Positions 50,192 to 63,171 of a stretch of DNA of 64,000 nucleotides are shown piece after piece. Within the stretch, counting starts at the first letter, position 1; every line of letters starts with the position of its first letter. Location: the NCBI GenBank assembly GCA_015680685.1, contig MNCI01001300.1, positions 228,059-292,058 of the forward strand, in the 5' to 3' direction. Source of the DNA: Gnetum montanum. Taxonomy: Eukaryota; Plantae; Gnetophyta. The notes under the pieces were generated by a model. The model was not told the DNA's origin, made no database searches, and was given only the letters and a program-made list of their open reading frames with translations. Made by a program: the position numbers and the translations under genes.

Positions 50192-50689
50192 CAAACATCT
50201 CTTTTATCCTATTTAAATTTTATTCTATAATCACATCATTTAGCCATTTAAATTTATAGCTAAGATTAACATAGCCATTTACAACATTTATAATACTAGA
50301 ATAATATATAGCCAAAACTAAAATAAAAAAAATCAATTTAAAATATTTATAACATACATAGCTATGGCGTCACTGTGTGGTAGGAATGTCCAAAAATAAT
50401 AATCATTCATAATGGTCTTGACTAATAATAGCCATAAATAAAAAAACAAAAAAAAACCATGTAAATAACAAGCTAAAGTAGGAAGATGGAGGATGCTAAG
50501 GGACATCTAGAGGAGGAAGTGGTGAATCATCCACACCCTCACTGCTAGGGCTGCTAATGTCTCTTGATGCCTAAAATACAACAACACAATAGCCAATCAA
50601 TAACCAACAACCAAAACTATAACTTAAACAAGACCTGAAACACCACCAATTTTGGTTCTCAACACTTCAATTACAAATTTTTCTAAGTG

Positions 50690-51297
50690 TCAAAACTTGG
50701 CAAATTTTGTGAGTATTGGTGCTACGCTCCCTAGCATAGCCAACGTAGCATGCATCAAGGCTTGTTTTGCAAAATTTTCTAAGTGTTAATAGTAGTTGCA
50801 TGAAACATTTTTATAAGTGTTCTACTATGCTCTCACTCTACCTACTATGCTCTAGAGCGTAGCCAGTGTAGCACTCACTTCCATGGCTAGTTTGCCTAAG
50901 TGTCAAGCCAGAAGTTTTCAAGATTGCTTGGGATGGATGAAATAGTTCAGCAAATTTTTTATCTCTTAGGTTGCTATGCTCTACTACGCTCTAGAGTGTA
51001 GCCAGTGTAGCACACCTTTTAGTGACTAGTTCTGCCTAAGTGTTAAGCAAGGAGCTATTAAACTAGCTTAGCATGGAAGAGAGATTTGGCAAATTTTCTA
51101 GCTCTAGAGGCTACCTCTCCTACTACACCCTAGGGCATAGCTAGTGTAGCATGAAGAAAGATTGTAGATTCTATTAAATTTTTCTAAGTATCCCTACTAT
51201 GCTCTAAAGTATAGCTAGCATAACCAGTGTTAGACATCAAAATTTAGCAAAATTTGACTAAGTGCTATGTTATGCTCTAGAGCATATCTAGCATAAC
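50690..51297. repeat. Degenerate array of TTTTCTAAG plus palindromic CTACGCTCTAGAGCGTAG units
   Basis: ctatgctctagagcgtag (~50844), ctacgctctagagtgtag (~50984) and related copies at ~50722, 51122, 51197, 51270. Confidence 0.8.
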
Positions 51298-51459
51298 ACT
51301 AAAGAAATGCCTTTGACAACCTCCAAAAACCTCCAAAAATTAGCATCCGTCTTTGTCTAAGCTTCAACATCCCTTTGGTAGTAAGATAAAAAATTTGTAT
51401 CTCTTTTGCATCCCAATTGGTCCCCAAAATTGTACCTACACTTGACCCTACTTGAAAGA

Positions 51460-52405
51460 GGGGAAGACGTAGTCTCAAAGCGTAGCCTCCAAGTTGTACT
51501 GTTTGCAAGTACATTGTGGTCATTCAAACTTTGGCACATGCAGTCTTTGTTGTGTAGTCATAGTTTAGCAATCTCTAAGGATCTATTCTAGTACTCTAGA
51601 GTGTAACACTTTGTTACCCCCATGGGAGCATAGTAAAGGTTAGTGTGGGCCCACCTACCCTTGTGCCACATGGTGGCCGATCTCATTTCACACTAACCAT
51701 AGCCTTATAAATACCCCTATGTTCAACATTCTAGGGGTTGGAAAATCAAAAGAGAATTGGGAATTTTGACATTCTAAGCATCCTTGGCACTCTCGCACTT
51801 GAGCACACCTAGCACTTTGGCACATTCTAGGATCTCGTCAGACAACTGGCACACACTATCCAACATGCAGTTCACCACTGTACCCACAGAACATAGCAAT
51901 AGCCAACCTAGTAGGTTTAGTCCCCATAATAGTTGTTAGCTCCATGTCCTAGACATCCCAAAGACTATGAATACACTACTACACTACCACTATGCCTACT
52001 TGTACACCGTGTACCACTCTTACCTCTTTTCCTATGATAGCTATGCTCCCCCATTTGTGGTAGTGCCCTTTCATTCTCAGGTTTTGTTGCATTTTTATTT
52101 TGTATTTAACATAACACTTATATTTTCTCACTATTTCATATGTATTTTCATGTTTACATCACTGTTCTCAAGCTAGGACAACCCACTATGCTCTAGCTTG
52201 GCCAGCCCCAGTGCCCATAGGTAACGTTGTATAAACCCCTCTCACACATATTTTTCTTAACACCTCGTATGTCCCTATATGATTAACAAGATCATTTAGG
52301 GCACTCTATTTCTATTTCTATCATGGTCCTCGCATGGACTTGGGGTTAGGCTGTATGCCCATTGACCTCTCAGTGTTCTAGCCACCAACATTTTTGGTCA
52401 TCATA
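51460..52405 (+). mobile_element. LTR preceding Tat-type element B (5' boundary uncertain)
   Basis: Purine tract GAAAGAGGGGAAGA at ~51454-51467, TATA-like CTTATAAATA at ~51703, end followed by GTTTT and PBS. Confidence 0.5.
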
Positions 52406-52410
52406 GTTTT

Positions 52411-52427
52411 TGGCACTAGAAGGAGGG
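52411..52427 (+). promoter_or_regulatory. Primer binding site, tRNA-Asn type
   Basis: TGGCACTAGAAGGAGGG. Confidence 0.85.
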
Positions 52428-52860
52428 CCTCCTATTCCTTCTTTGTTCAAGGGTAGTCCCACATGATTTCTACACCTTTGTTACTAGTTTTGAGCTAGCA
52501 TAGATGTAACACCAATGTGGACTTGCCATGGTAGTAGTTGGATCATAGGCTAGCATAGGATTTATTTATGATTCGGTTGGTGTAGATTGGTCCTAGTTGT
52601 CGGTTCCCCTGGAACCTCGTAGGACAAAAGCCCAAGTGTACCTATTACATTCAAAACTTTGGATGCTCTAGAGAGCATGAAAATTCCTCAAAGTGTAGCA
52701 AGCATAACACTAGAGTTAGTCACTTTTTAGTAGTGTTTTCAAAGTTAGCCATTTTTGCCCTATTTTCATAGTTTTTCATACTTAGTCATTTTTCCAACAT
52801 TCTATGCACTTAACCATTTTCTACTCAGCACTATCATTTCTTATATTTTTACATAGTAAC

Positions 52861-55800
52861 ATGAATCCCAAGTAGCACAAAGGTGAGTCGGCCCATCCAA
52901 CAGGTGATAGACATTGAGCTCCTACTTAGCTTTGTATAGCCATAATGGTAGTCATTGAGACTGTGTAACCAATTACCTGAGCACATGGTGCTCGATGATG
53001 AAAAATAGAACTTCCTCTATGCAAAAATTTAGGTGGGTTTGTCCCTAGATTAGCAAGAACTAGATGCTAAGCAAAGCTTTAAGATCATACATCAAAATGG
53101 ACGAGAATTTCTTCCTACACTTGATGCATTCATCCCACTTACCAACAACTTTTGGTGGTTACTGGACCAACTTGTTAGAGTGAGTGGGCCTAACAAGCAT
53201 GATGTAGCATCAAACTATGATGAGCCTTTGCAAGATAGGAAAGATGAATTTGAGGCTCGTTCAAAGAGTGGTATCCCATTTTACGCCTCCATCCAATAGC
53301 TTGTTTCTAGTATTGTCTCGCACTAGTCACAGTTATCTACCTTCTTTGAGGTAGTAGCATCACTCTCACCCCCCAAATCCACACTAGTGATGGCAAGCCA
53401 TCAAGTATTGCATGTGCAATAGGGTGCAGGACCATCTACCACCTTCCCCTTCATCATCTTTGCCTTGTCTGCACAATCTTATATGCGAACATTCAGGATG
53501 CCAACACAACCATATGTGCACACAATGCCTTTCTCTCATCCACACATGAGCTAGGTGTCCTTTGTTCCACCTGTCTTGTTGGCACCTCCTACAATAGCCC
53601 AAGCCACAACCACATGGTGGATCCTAGCCTCTATGCTTATGGCATAGTGGTCACACATACAAAAATACATGCAACAACAAATGCAACAAGTGTTCCACAT
53701 GGTTACACAGCTCACAGTAGGGCTGTGGGCTGCTCAGAAAACACCATAGGTGGCATAATCGGTGCAACTATTCACATCTTCCCTAAGTTTGGACTAGATG
53801 TTCCAAGTCATCCAAACACTAACAGAGGATTTTAGGTAGCTTAAAGATGCTAACTCTAAAATGGTCCATGTGATGGACTTCTACCCAGATGACCCCATCA
53901 GTCTTGTGGTCTCGTCACTAACCTTGCCTCTTGGGGTCCAAATTCCTTAGTTCATCAAATAATGGTGAGGGAGTCCCCAATGCCCACCTCATAACTTTTT
54001 GTTCTAAATTCCTGCTTCTACAAGCATGGCCACATGCGATCATCTATGTCTTTGCCATGTCCTTAATCGCCAAGGTGCTTAACTGGTACTAGGCACTCCC
54101 CAGGGCTTCCATATCTACTTTGGAAGAGTTGCTTAGTGAATTTGTGACTCACTTCAAGTAAAAATTGAAGCCTGAGTCCATCCTAGATCAACTAATAGAT
54201 ATCAAGTAGGGCCCCCTAGTGCTTGTGCAAAATTTCATTCAATAGTGAAGCACTACACTCAATGAAATCCATGAGATGATAACAGAAACCCACCTCTTGG
54301 CCATCTTTAAGGGTGCAATGAATGAATTTATTAAGTCAAAACTATATTATCTAGCCTTGCACTCCTTGAGCCAAGCCTTTGCTCAAATGAAGAGCATTCA
54401 GGATGTGCTAGAGGCTAGTAAGGACCCAGCATTTGTGGCCTATAAGAATGCATACAAAAAGAAGGACAAGGAAAAGGGAAAGGTAACAAAAACCATTGTA
54501 GTAGTGGCTGATGAGGCCAAGCCCAACAACATCAACCAAAAACAACAAAGAATCTAGTTCTAGCATTGTGGGAACCAACTAGCTTGCACAATTGGTGGCT
54601 GCAGGGCAAGCTACCCCCAGGAAAAACTTTGAGCACAAGGATCGCTCAAAGTATACCCTATTGCCTATCAAGCTATTTGAGATTTTGGACTAGTTGCTTT
54701 GTGCTGGGCACATCCAACACAAGAAAATGTTTGAGGACATTCATAAGTGAGATGAGCGATACTATGAGGTCCTCAAAAACCCCTCAGTAGTTATACCAAA
54801 TGAGCCCCCAATCTCTAGAAACTTAAGGTTGGACCGATTTGCAACTATCACCAATTACATGGCCATGATATAGACTACTGCTTGGCCTTAAAAGATGACA
54901 TTCAACTCATAATTGATCAAGGCAAATTGGTCCTTGATGATAGCAACCCTGTGCACCTATAAAACCAACCAATGAAGGTCTACAAAGACCCCCTCAATAG
55001 TAGCGGTGCAAGTTACATGATCAATGCCATCAATGTTGATGATGACATGGAACTAGCACATGAACCATTTATGGTTTGGGTGCCCTCTGGTAATGATGGG
55101 GCCTCAATGTCAACTAGATCGCAAACTTCTTTTGTCATTAGAGCATCACCTCAGGTGCCCACAATGCCCTTTGTGGTTAGGGCCCCATAACATGTCACAG
55201 TGACTGCAACCTAGATACCCTTTATCATTAGGATGCCATGACTTGTGGACCCCCTACTTGCCTAGGGTCTGATGGTGGAAATTGTGTCACATTCTATCTA
55301 CCCAAAGTCACATCCCAAGAGAGCCGATGAACATATCACTGACAAGATGATTAGGAAACATATGAAGTTAGGTCCTCCTAAGCTCGTCCCCTTGTCCGTG
55401 ATCCCCATGGCATCATCATCTTAGAATGTCAATGTATGTGCAAGTAACCAATGAAAAATTACTAAGGCTCAAAAGTCCATTGCAGAAAAAAAAGCTAAAT
55501 CTCCTCCCTAGGAGATCCATCTCTTGGGTTGCATGGAAGAAGTAAGGGCTACCAAAACAACATATAGTGGAAAAGATTTCTTGGATGCACTGGCATAAGT
55601 TAGACAAGCTCTCAAACAAAAGAACACATCTCTAAGCTTGTATGACCTGATAATGATCTCTTTTGCTCATTGTGAAGCATTAGTTCACATGTTAACCTCT
55701 ATTCCCATCAAGGAAGATATTCTAGTGGATAAAAAAGTCATCCACATTGTAATGCTTCCCCCAACAACCCAAAACTTGAGGTCAACACCCTTGATGTTTC

Positions 55801-56560
55801 ACAATGAGGCAATTAATGTTGATCCTAAAAAGGGTTAGGTGACTAGTGCACCAATGTTCATAATAATTCATGTAGGATAGTACAGAATTTGTAGGGTGCA
55901 TGTCAACAACAGGGTTGCAACCAATATCATCCCATTCCCAATCATTGACAAACTTGGTTTGGTTGACTAGATCAAGCCAACCAAAATGATGTTCTTAAAA
56001 TCCTTTAATGGAGCACATGTTTTCGTAAAGGGAATGATCACAATAGCTTTCATGGTAGGCAAGCAATTCCCCAATACTGCTAAGTTCATTGTTGTTGAAG
56101 AGATGCCTAGATTTAGGTTGATTCTAGGGAGGTCTTGGCTAGCCTAGTTATGGATCATCTCTTCACCTATCCATCAAGAGATCCACCTGATCTATGAGGG
56201 TGGAGAAGTGATAACATATGATGACAATGTATCTCCCCCAATCATCAAAAACATTGATGTAGAGCAAGGGTTAGAAGTAGAGTTCTTTGAAGGCACGCCA
56301 CCTATTCGAGATGAAGGCCAACTTTGTCCAGCTAACCTACATAAGAAACAAAATGAAATGAGCAACCTCCTTGAGGGATCTCTCTGGGCAGAATTGTTCT
56401 TTAGCACAACTAATGAAGGTATAGGTGAGTATTGCCTTGTGCCTCCTAGGGCCTACACACCCCTTAGCCCACGTTAGGTTAGGAAACAGTTACATGACTA
56501 AGGTATTCCCTTAGTTCATTCACATTTCTATGTCTCTTTTTATTCTTGCTTGCACAATTA
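52861..56560 (+). pseudogene. gag-pro: Tat-type gag-protease of element B; no RT/RNase H/integrase follows
   Basis: Collinear with element A: DFYPDDPISLVV, PNAHLITF, CNYHQLHGHDIDYCLALKDDIQ (~54840-54905), protease VHVNNRVATNIIP..LILGRSW. Confidence 0.85.
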
Positions 56561-56691
56561 TGTTTGTGTAGTTGATTGCATCTTGCATTAGTTATTTCAT
56601 TTTTTTTAGTTTATGTAGTTTCGTTTACTCAAAAAAACCAAAAAATAAAAAATAAAAAATAAAAAATAATAGGAAATAAAAAAGACACCAT

Positions 56692-56943
56692 GGTATGCTA
56701 AGGCCTAAAACTAGCAACTTGCTTCCTTTTGACACCATGGCCTGAAAAGGCCTTAAACTATCACATGGCCTACTAAGGCCTAAAATTGGAAACTTACTTC
56801 CTTTTGATGCCATGGCCTAGAAAGGCCCTAAACTATTGCATGGCCCATTAAGGCCTGAAACTAGCAACTTACTTTCCTTTGCGCAATGGCTTGAAATGGC
56901 CTTAAACTAGTAATGGCCCTTCCACCATGGCCGTAAACTGGCA
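56692..56943 (+). repeat. Tat motif array 3 (7 units, GGCC-N6-GGCC-NNAAACTRG)
   Basis: ggcctgaaaaggccttaaact, ggcctactaaggcctaaaattgg, ggcctagaaaggccctaaact, ggcccattaaggcctgaaactag. Confidence 0.9.
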
Positions 56944-58809
56944 TGGGGCCCACAAGGGGCCTAATAGCATCAATCAATCAAAAGTTAGAATTTTTTAAAA
57001 ATTACACAAAATACAACAAAGTGATATATGAATCATCATCACATTTGCATTAAATCATCAATGAAATATATAATTCAAGTGTACATCCAAAACAAAAAAT
57101 TGTTAAAAATGCAAAATTACCAAATAGTAGGGCTACATTTTGTGCTGCTTAGCTAGCAGTGTTTGGTGGGGGCTGGGGTTCTTCTTCTTCCTCTTCCTTT
57201 GTTGCATCGTTGGGGCTTGCACCATCACCTAGAACCTTCTATAAGCAAAATAAAACAATGAATTAGCTAACAAATAAGTGATGTGTGAAATTATCACAAA
57301 ACAAATAAAATTAATTCAAACTAGAATAACCTAAGAAGGACCTGCATCTATATCTAGAGGCATCCTATCGAGGCCCACCTCCAAGTGTTGGAGGATTTCC
57401 ACCTCCGATAGCTATGTTTAATCCTCCTCGCCAAGGTCAATACCCATGAGGGTCTTTCCTTTCTTCATAGCTATCCATGAGGATGGCCCTAGTGAAAATG
57501 TAGTAGAAGAAACCTCTTTTGAAGGCACAACAATGTGTCTCTCTAGGGTTCCACTCACCACTACGTTGCTAGCAAATAATTCATAAGGTCATGTTTCACC
57601 AATCGCATCAAGGAACATGTTGTGGAAACGGTGCTCCACGAACTCATCTATGTACCTTTTAAGGTATGCCTCTTGTTCCTACTTGTAGTGGTATTTGTAG
57701 TTCTTTTGAGTTTTATCCCATTGATACACTTTGGCACTGTAATCCTTCCAGTTCTAGTTCTTCCTAGCTAGTAGGTCTATTTGCAACCATTGCTCAATCA
57801 CCTCTTTGGTGGCCTCATTTTTGCCATGGATGGTTGAACAGTACTTGGCATAGTTAATCTCAACTATTTTCTAGGTGTTTTCTCCTTTGTAATAGGTTTC
57901 TATGAAGTTATAATGGGCTTGCAAGTCCTCTAGTTTTGCATCCTAGCTCGTCTCCTTGTCCTGGAGCTCGAGCACTTGTTTCCACAGGTGCTTGTTAGTG
58001 CACCTACATTTCCACAATGCTCATGCAAATGAGAGTGTGCACTTACTTGCCTCATCATACACACGATAGGGCACTTGCTCCACTTCATGAGGAAACTCAA
58101 GCATAACATTAACTCTAGCCACCTGATTTAGGTCTCACCAAAGCTAGGAACCTATTGCCATACAATAGGCAAGACAATATTACTTGTAAACTAAGTAGCA
58201 AATCGGTGAAGTAAGGTAGGTAAACATGGACATACCGATCTTAGGATCCTTCTGTTGTATATGGTCCATGATGTCCTCAACCAAGCCTTACATGAAGGCA
58301 AACTTATTAGGTTCCTCCATCCACAGCTACATACAGAAAGTAGATGTGCATACTAGACCCTCAGCGGAAACACCAGTGGTTGTGATGCAACATAGTTAGT
58401 AATTATTAGACAACGAATAGCCAAATGTGTAAGGGTGAAAAAAAACACACAAAAAAAAAGATGGCGGTGTAAAGCTCCTACCCAACAAGCCCTCATATGT
58501 GAGAGTAGGGGTATCACCCATTTACATGCCATCAAAGACATTTTCAAACTCACCCTCATCAAACTACAACAACCCTTCTTTCTTAAGTTGTCAGAGGACC
58601 TCTGCAACTTCTCATTCCTCTTTCTCTGGTACTTGTCCCTCATTTTGAGGAGGAACATCATTCACTATGGGCTCTACTACTATCGTGGAGGTCCTCTTTC
58701 CTACATTCAATGAACCACATAAGTTACGATTAGAATTTTCAATGTTTAGTATAACATAGCATGGCATATTATAACAATATTTAATGATTCATACTCACGT
58801 GCAATTTTT

Positions 58810-60748
58810 CAATCTAAATCATGAAACTTTAATTGGATTTTTTTGCCACTCTCTTACACCTCACGTACAAGCTCCTTCATGGGACATGACTTCTTACTTT
58901 TTGTCTTGGATGATCCCATTACCTTAGCAATGAGTCATGCCCCTCTAGCTACATTCCCAATGTTAGCTAGTGGGGCGTCACTTGCACTATCATGTGAGTT
59001 GTGAGATTGTCCCAATTGGCCTATAGTAATTATAGAAAATGACTTACCAATTGCCTTTGGGGGATCCTGTGACCGTATGATGGTAAATATGTGCTGGATC
59101 AATGGCTTGGAGAGCTACTTATGATCCTGCACTACCCATCATCCATTCTCCCTAATCACCAAGAACTCTATGAACCTTTGTAGGCATGTTGAGAAGAACA
59201 TGAAGTGCATGTGTGACCTCACTTAGAGGTTGTGATGCAATCTAATAATTTTGGCATGTAGGCCATTGGCAAGGTAAGATGCCTAGTTGTACCATGTGCC
59301 TTGCTTTATCACATTTCTCATCACCCAAGCTTGTTTCACTTCAAAAATTTTCCCTTGGAAGAGTAGCTTTGGGAATGTGCATGCATAAAAAATTGGATAG
59401 AGGTGGTGGACCATAGGTAATTTGACTTCTCTGATGAGTATTCCTTTGTGGAACTTAGAAGTTCCTAACCACTTCTCAACATCCCCTCTATGGTCTATGT
59501 CTTTGTCAATTTTTTTAACAACTGGCAGGCCCTCAAAGGGGAGGCTGAAGAGGTCTACAAAAAAATCATCTATAATGTCAAAAACCACCTACACACCATG
59601 GGTCTGCATGATGAAATAACTGACACTCTCACTAAAGGATTCAATGATAGCAATCATCTTTGCCACTGGGATGCTTGAGCTAAGGGCCAAGAAAAGGTTC
59701 ATTAGGCTATCCCATTTAAGCTTCCTAGTTAACTCCACTGGGGCCTCATGGCACAACCAATGCTATGAACCCTTAATGATTTTTGAATGTAAATTGAAAA
59801 ACTTTAACTAGATTTTTCTGTCACTTCCCTCCACCTCATGTACAAGCTCCTCCATGGGATGTGACTTCTTAATTATTGTCCTAGATGATCCCACTACCTC
59901 AACAATGAGTTGCACCCATCTAGCTACATTATTGGTGTTAGTCAATGGGGCCTTGCCTACACTATCACATGAGTGGTGAGATCATTCCAATTGTCCTCTA
60001 GTCATTATAGAAAATGACTCACCAATTACCTTTGGGAGATTCTATGACTATGTGGTAGTAAACAAGTGTAGGAACCATGGCTTGGAGAGCTGCTTTCAGT
60101 ACTACACTGCCCATTGCCCATCCTCCCTAACCACTAAGAACTTCATGAACGTTCGCAGGAATGTTGTGAAGAATGCGAAGTGCATGTGTGACCTTGCATG
60201 GAGGTTGTGGCACAATCTAATAATTTTGGTGCATAGGCCACTAGCAAGGTAAGAAGCCTATTTGTACTACATGATTTTCTCTATCACATCTCTCATCACC
60301 CAAGATTATTCCACCATGAGAATTTTTCCTTGGGAGAGTAGCTTTGGGAATGCACATGCATGAAAAATTGGATAGAGGTGGTGGACCATAGGTAATTTTA
60401 CTTATTTAACAAGTATTTATTTTTAGGACTTAAAAGTGACCAACCACTTCTCAACATTTTCTCTATGGTCCATGTCTTTGTTAATTTTTTCACAATTGAA
60501 TGGCCCTCAGAGGGAAGGCTAAAGAGATCTGCAAAGAAATCATTTGTAATGTCAAAAATCACCCACACACCATAGGTCTATATGATGAAATGATCAACAC
60601 TCTCACTATAGTAGTCAATGATAGCAATCATCTTAGCCACTAGGATGCTCAGGCTAAGGGCCATGAAAAGGTCCATTAGCCCAGCCTATTGAAGCTTCCT
60701 AGTTAACTTCACTAGGGCCTCATAACATAACCAACGTTGTGAACCCTG
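58810..60748. repeat. ~975-bp tandem duplication (58810-59773 and 59785-60748)
   Basis: cacctcacgtacaagctcc / cacctcatgtacaagctcc near the starts and gaaccct at both ends; alignable throughout, including the splice donor. Confidence 0.92.
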
Positions 60749-61909
60749 AACATCACCATATTTCACGATGAGGATAGCTTTAATGCGGCCTATTACATCC
60801 ACCATGACCTCTCCTAAAGTGATTGCAGCTACAATAAGTGAAAGCAATGTTAACAACATGCGAAAAGCAAAGCAACAAATGCATAAGAAAAATGATGCAC
60901 TACTCATGTGGCATAAATGATGTGCAAGATGGCAATGGTGTGTCTAAAACCTCCTCTACGATTAGTACGCTGATCACCCACTTAGCATTCAACCAGCCAT
61001 AGTTTTGACACCTCTCATAAGCCTTAGGAAATCAAGGGGGGTATTTTGCTAGGTCAAACCCAATCTATCCAATCATTACCACACAAACATTCTCAAAGGA
61101 TAAAAATTCTTGTAAGGCAATGCAGGTCAAGGTCAAGGCCCCCTCATCATCATAGAGGCTAAGAGTGTCAACAGTAAATCTAGCAACAAAGATAAGTGAT
61201 CAACATCCTCGTATGAGTCATAATTGAATAGATCGTATGAAAAATCATAAGAGGACTCACCCTCTAGCATAATATATTGTCCCAAGTGGGTTCTAAAAAA
61301 GAGCAAGTATTTGTTAAGTAACAAACTAGGTGTTGTTCTTGTTATAACATTGGAATTTTGGCATTAGCTAGATCTTGGATAAAGGCCTAAGGCCCCTGGG
61401 GCCCTGGCTTGAACTCCCTACTCCATCATTAGTAGTAGGCTCATTGGATATAAATTGTATTATTCCCTAGTTCAACCCAAGCAACAATATTTCTGTGATG
61501 ATGTTGGTCACTTCCACTACCAAGTGTGACCACATATTCACACTAAAGTGTTGGAGCAAGAATTCCAAGAACTCTTGTGCTCCTGACGTGAACCACACTA
61601 TCTAGTGATCCATACACATGTCTGGTGTAGGTACATTTGGCATGGGTTTTCTCATACAACATAACATATCCACTAGCTCCACCATGACGAGGATGGGTTT
61701 CAATAGTACCCTGTAGCCAGAATAGTAACAAGAGGAGAGTGTTAGCATTAGATACACAAAAAATGCATCAAAATTACACTTAGCACATTAGCAAAACTCA
61801 TAGCTTCCCTCATGAACCCCATGGGAAAGGGACATTGGCATATCCATCTGATGTGCCAAGTCCTCATCAGGGCACAACACTAACATCTCCATTTCACATT
61901 TACACTTAG

Positions 61910-62190
61910 CATTTTTCTAATTTCAAAAATATTATTTTTTTTTCTAATTGTTGGTTTTGCTCCCTGTAGAGCCTAACTCTTGAAAAAACATCAAAAAATT
62001 TCTAACTATTGGCTATGCTCCTCGTAGAGTGTAACCCTTGAAAATTACAAAAATTTTTCTAACTATTGACTATGCTCCCTATAGAGCATAACCCTTGAAA
62101 ATGTCAAAATTTTTCTAACTTTTTGTCACAATCTTAGGAGTGTACCCTTCAAATGGGAAATTCTAAAAAAATAAAATTTTTCTAACTTGT
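61910..62190. repeat. ~59-bp tandem repeat TTTCTAACT..CTATGCTC..GAGYRTAAC
   Basis: About four units at ~61940, 61998, 62055, 62111; decayed version of the TACGCT..AGCGTA palindrome. Confidence 0.8.
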
Positions 62191-63171
62191 AAAGACGTAA
62201 AAGCATAGCATTGAAGCATAACACACAAGTGTAAAATTTTAGGCATGATAGCCATGACCCTCATGGTTGCCTTGCCAACTCCATTATGCTTTCGTGCTTG
62301 ATGCCACTTAATCTTAACCATTACACTTTGTGTTCATGTCTTATAATCTTTCAATTATCTTGGCCATGATTGGAGGAACAAAAAAAATATTTTAGCCTTG
62401 TCCCACATCTTGTGTGGTAAATAGAAAACCCTTGTCTCATGCCATGTGCAGTATGCCAAAAAACCACATGCAAAAAACCTAGAATAGTAAGAAACTCACA
62501 AAACCCATTGCCCATGTGCATTTACTCCTCTTAGCCATGTCTACCATGGAAACCATGGTAGAAATGTTAGTCTCTACCTAGGGTAGGCCACCCCTAAAGC
62601 CCAAAAGCCCAAAAGCCCATGCAAATAATGTAAAAAATCAAAAGAAAAGGAAAAATCACAAGGGTAGAGCATAGCACCGTACCTAGTTGATGACATCTTC
62701 CTTCGCTTCTTTATGTGAACACTAGGAAGGTGCCTCAATGTAAGTTCTTCCTCATCTATGTTGGTGAGGTTGGGGTGTTGGCATTCACTGTGGCATGTTA
62801 TGGTCGATGGTTACACTTTGGTCTTCTTCATCTTCATTGCTATGCTCTGACTCTCTCTACTTTGGTCACACTATGCTTGGTGATTGCTCATTTTAAATTT
62901 TGGAAATGACAGGTTCACCATGGTGAAAACTCCTATTTATACTTTTCTGAGGTGATGGACACATCACCCACTTAGGTACTATCCCATCTCACGTGCGTAA
63001 CATGGAACAAGCATAGCACCTAGAGTTAGAAAATTTTTCTAACTTTTTCAGCATTCCTAGACTTAAGAAAATTTTCTTCATTTCTTTTGATTACCTAGTA
63101 AATGCTCAACCTAATCTCACATTCAAAACCTTCTTATCCTTGCCTAAACTAATATGTCTCATGTAATCCAT

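Larger units (their letters stand above)
57150..62891 (-). pseudogene. Multi-exon antisense gene in the 3' region of Tat element B, with duplicated PMD-like module; disrupted
   Basis: Minus TATAAATA 62941-62934, ATG 62891, GT donors at 62682, 61260, 60022, 59047, 58553, 58235, 58046 separating coding-like blocks from T-rich introns; ORF 59283-59588 FDIIDDFFVDLFSLPFEGLPV..WYN*ASYLA resembles plant-mobile-domain IT..DV..LxGLP..G / YxWA motifs. Confidence 0.6.

Noticed and set aside
43831-52405. The two Tat LTRs as a matched pair of one element
   Set aside because: Only weak similarity near their 3' ends; a shared-LTR tandem cannot be supported by eye
56692-56943. Hammerhead ribozyme (GGCC-loop-GGCC-..AAAC resembles stem II plus GAAAC)
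   Set aside because: No CTGANGA core 5' of the stem, and GAAA does not directly follow it; stems I and III not evident
60960-61010. Ulp1 protease motif (GWLNAK-VIS) in the antisense gene
   Set aside because: Single short motif; no catalytic HW or Q..DCG blocks recognised
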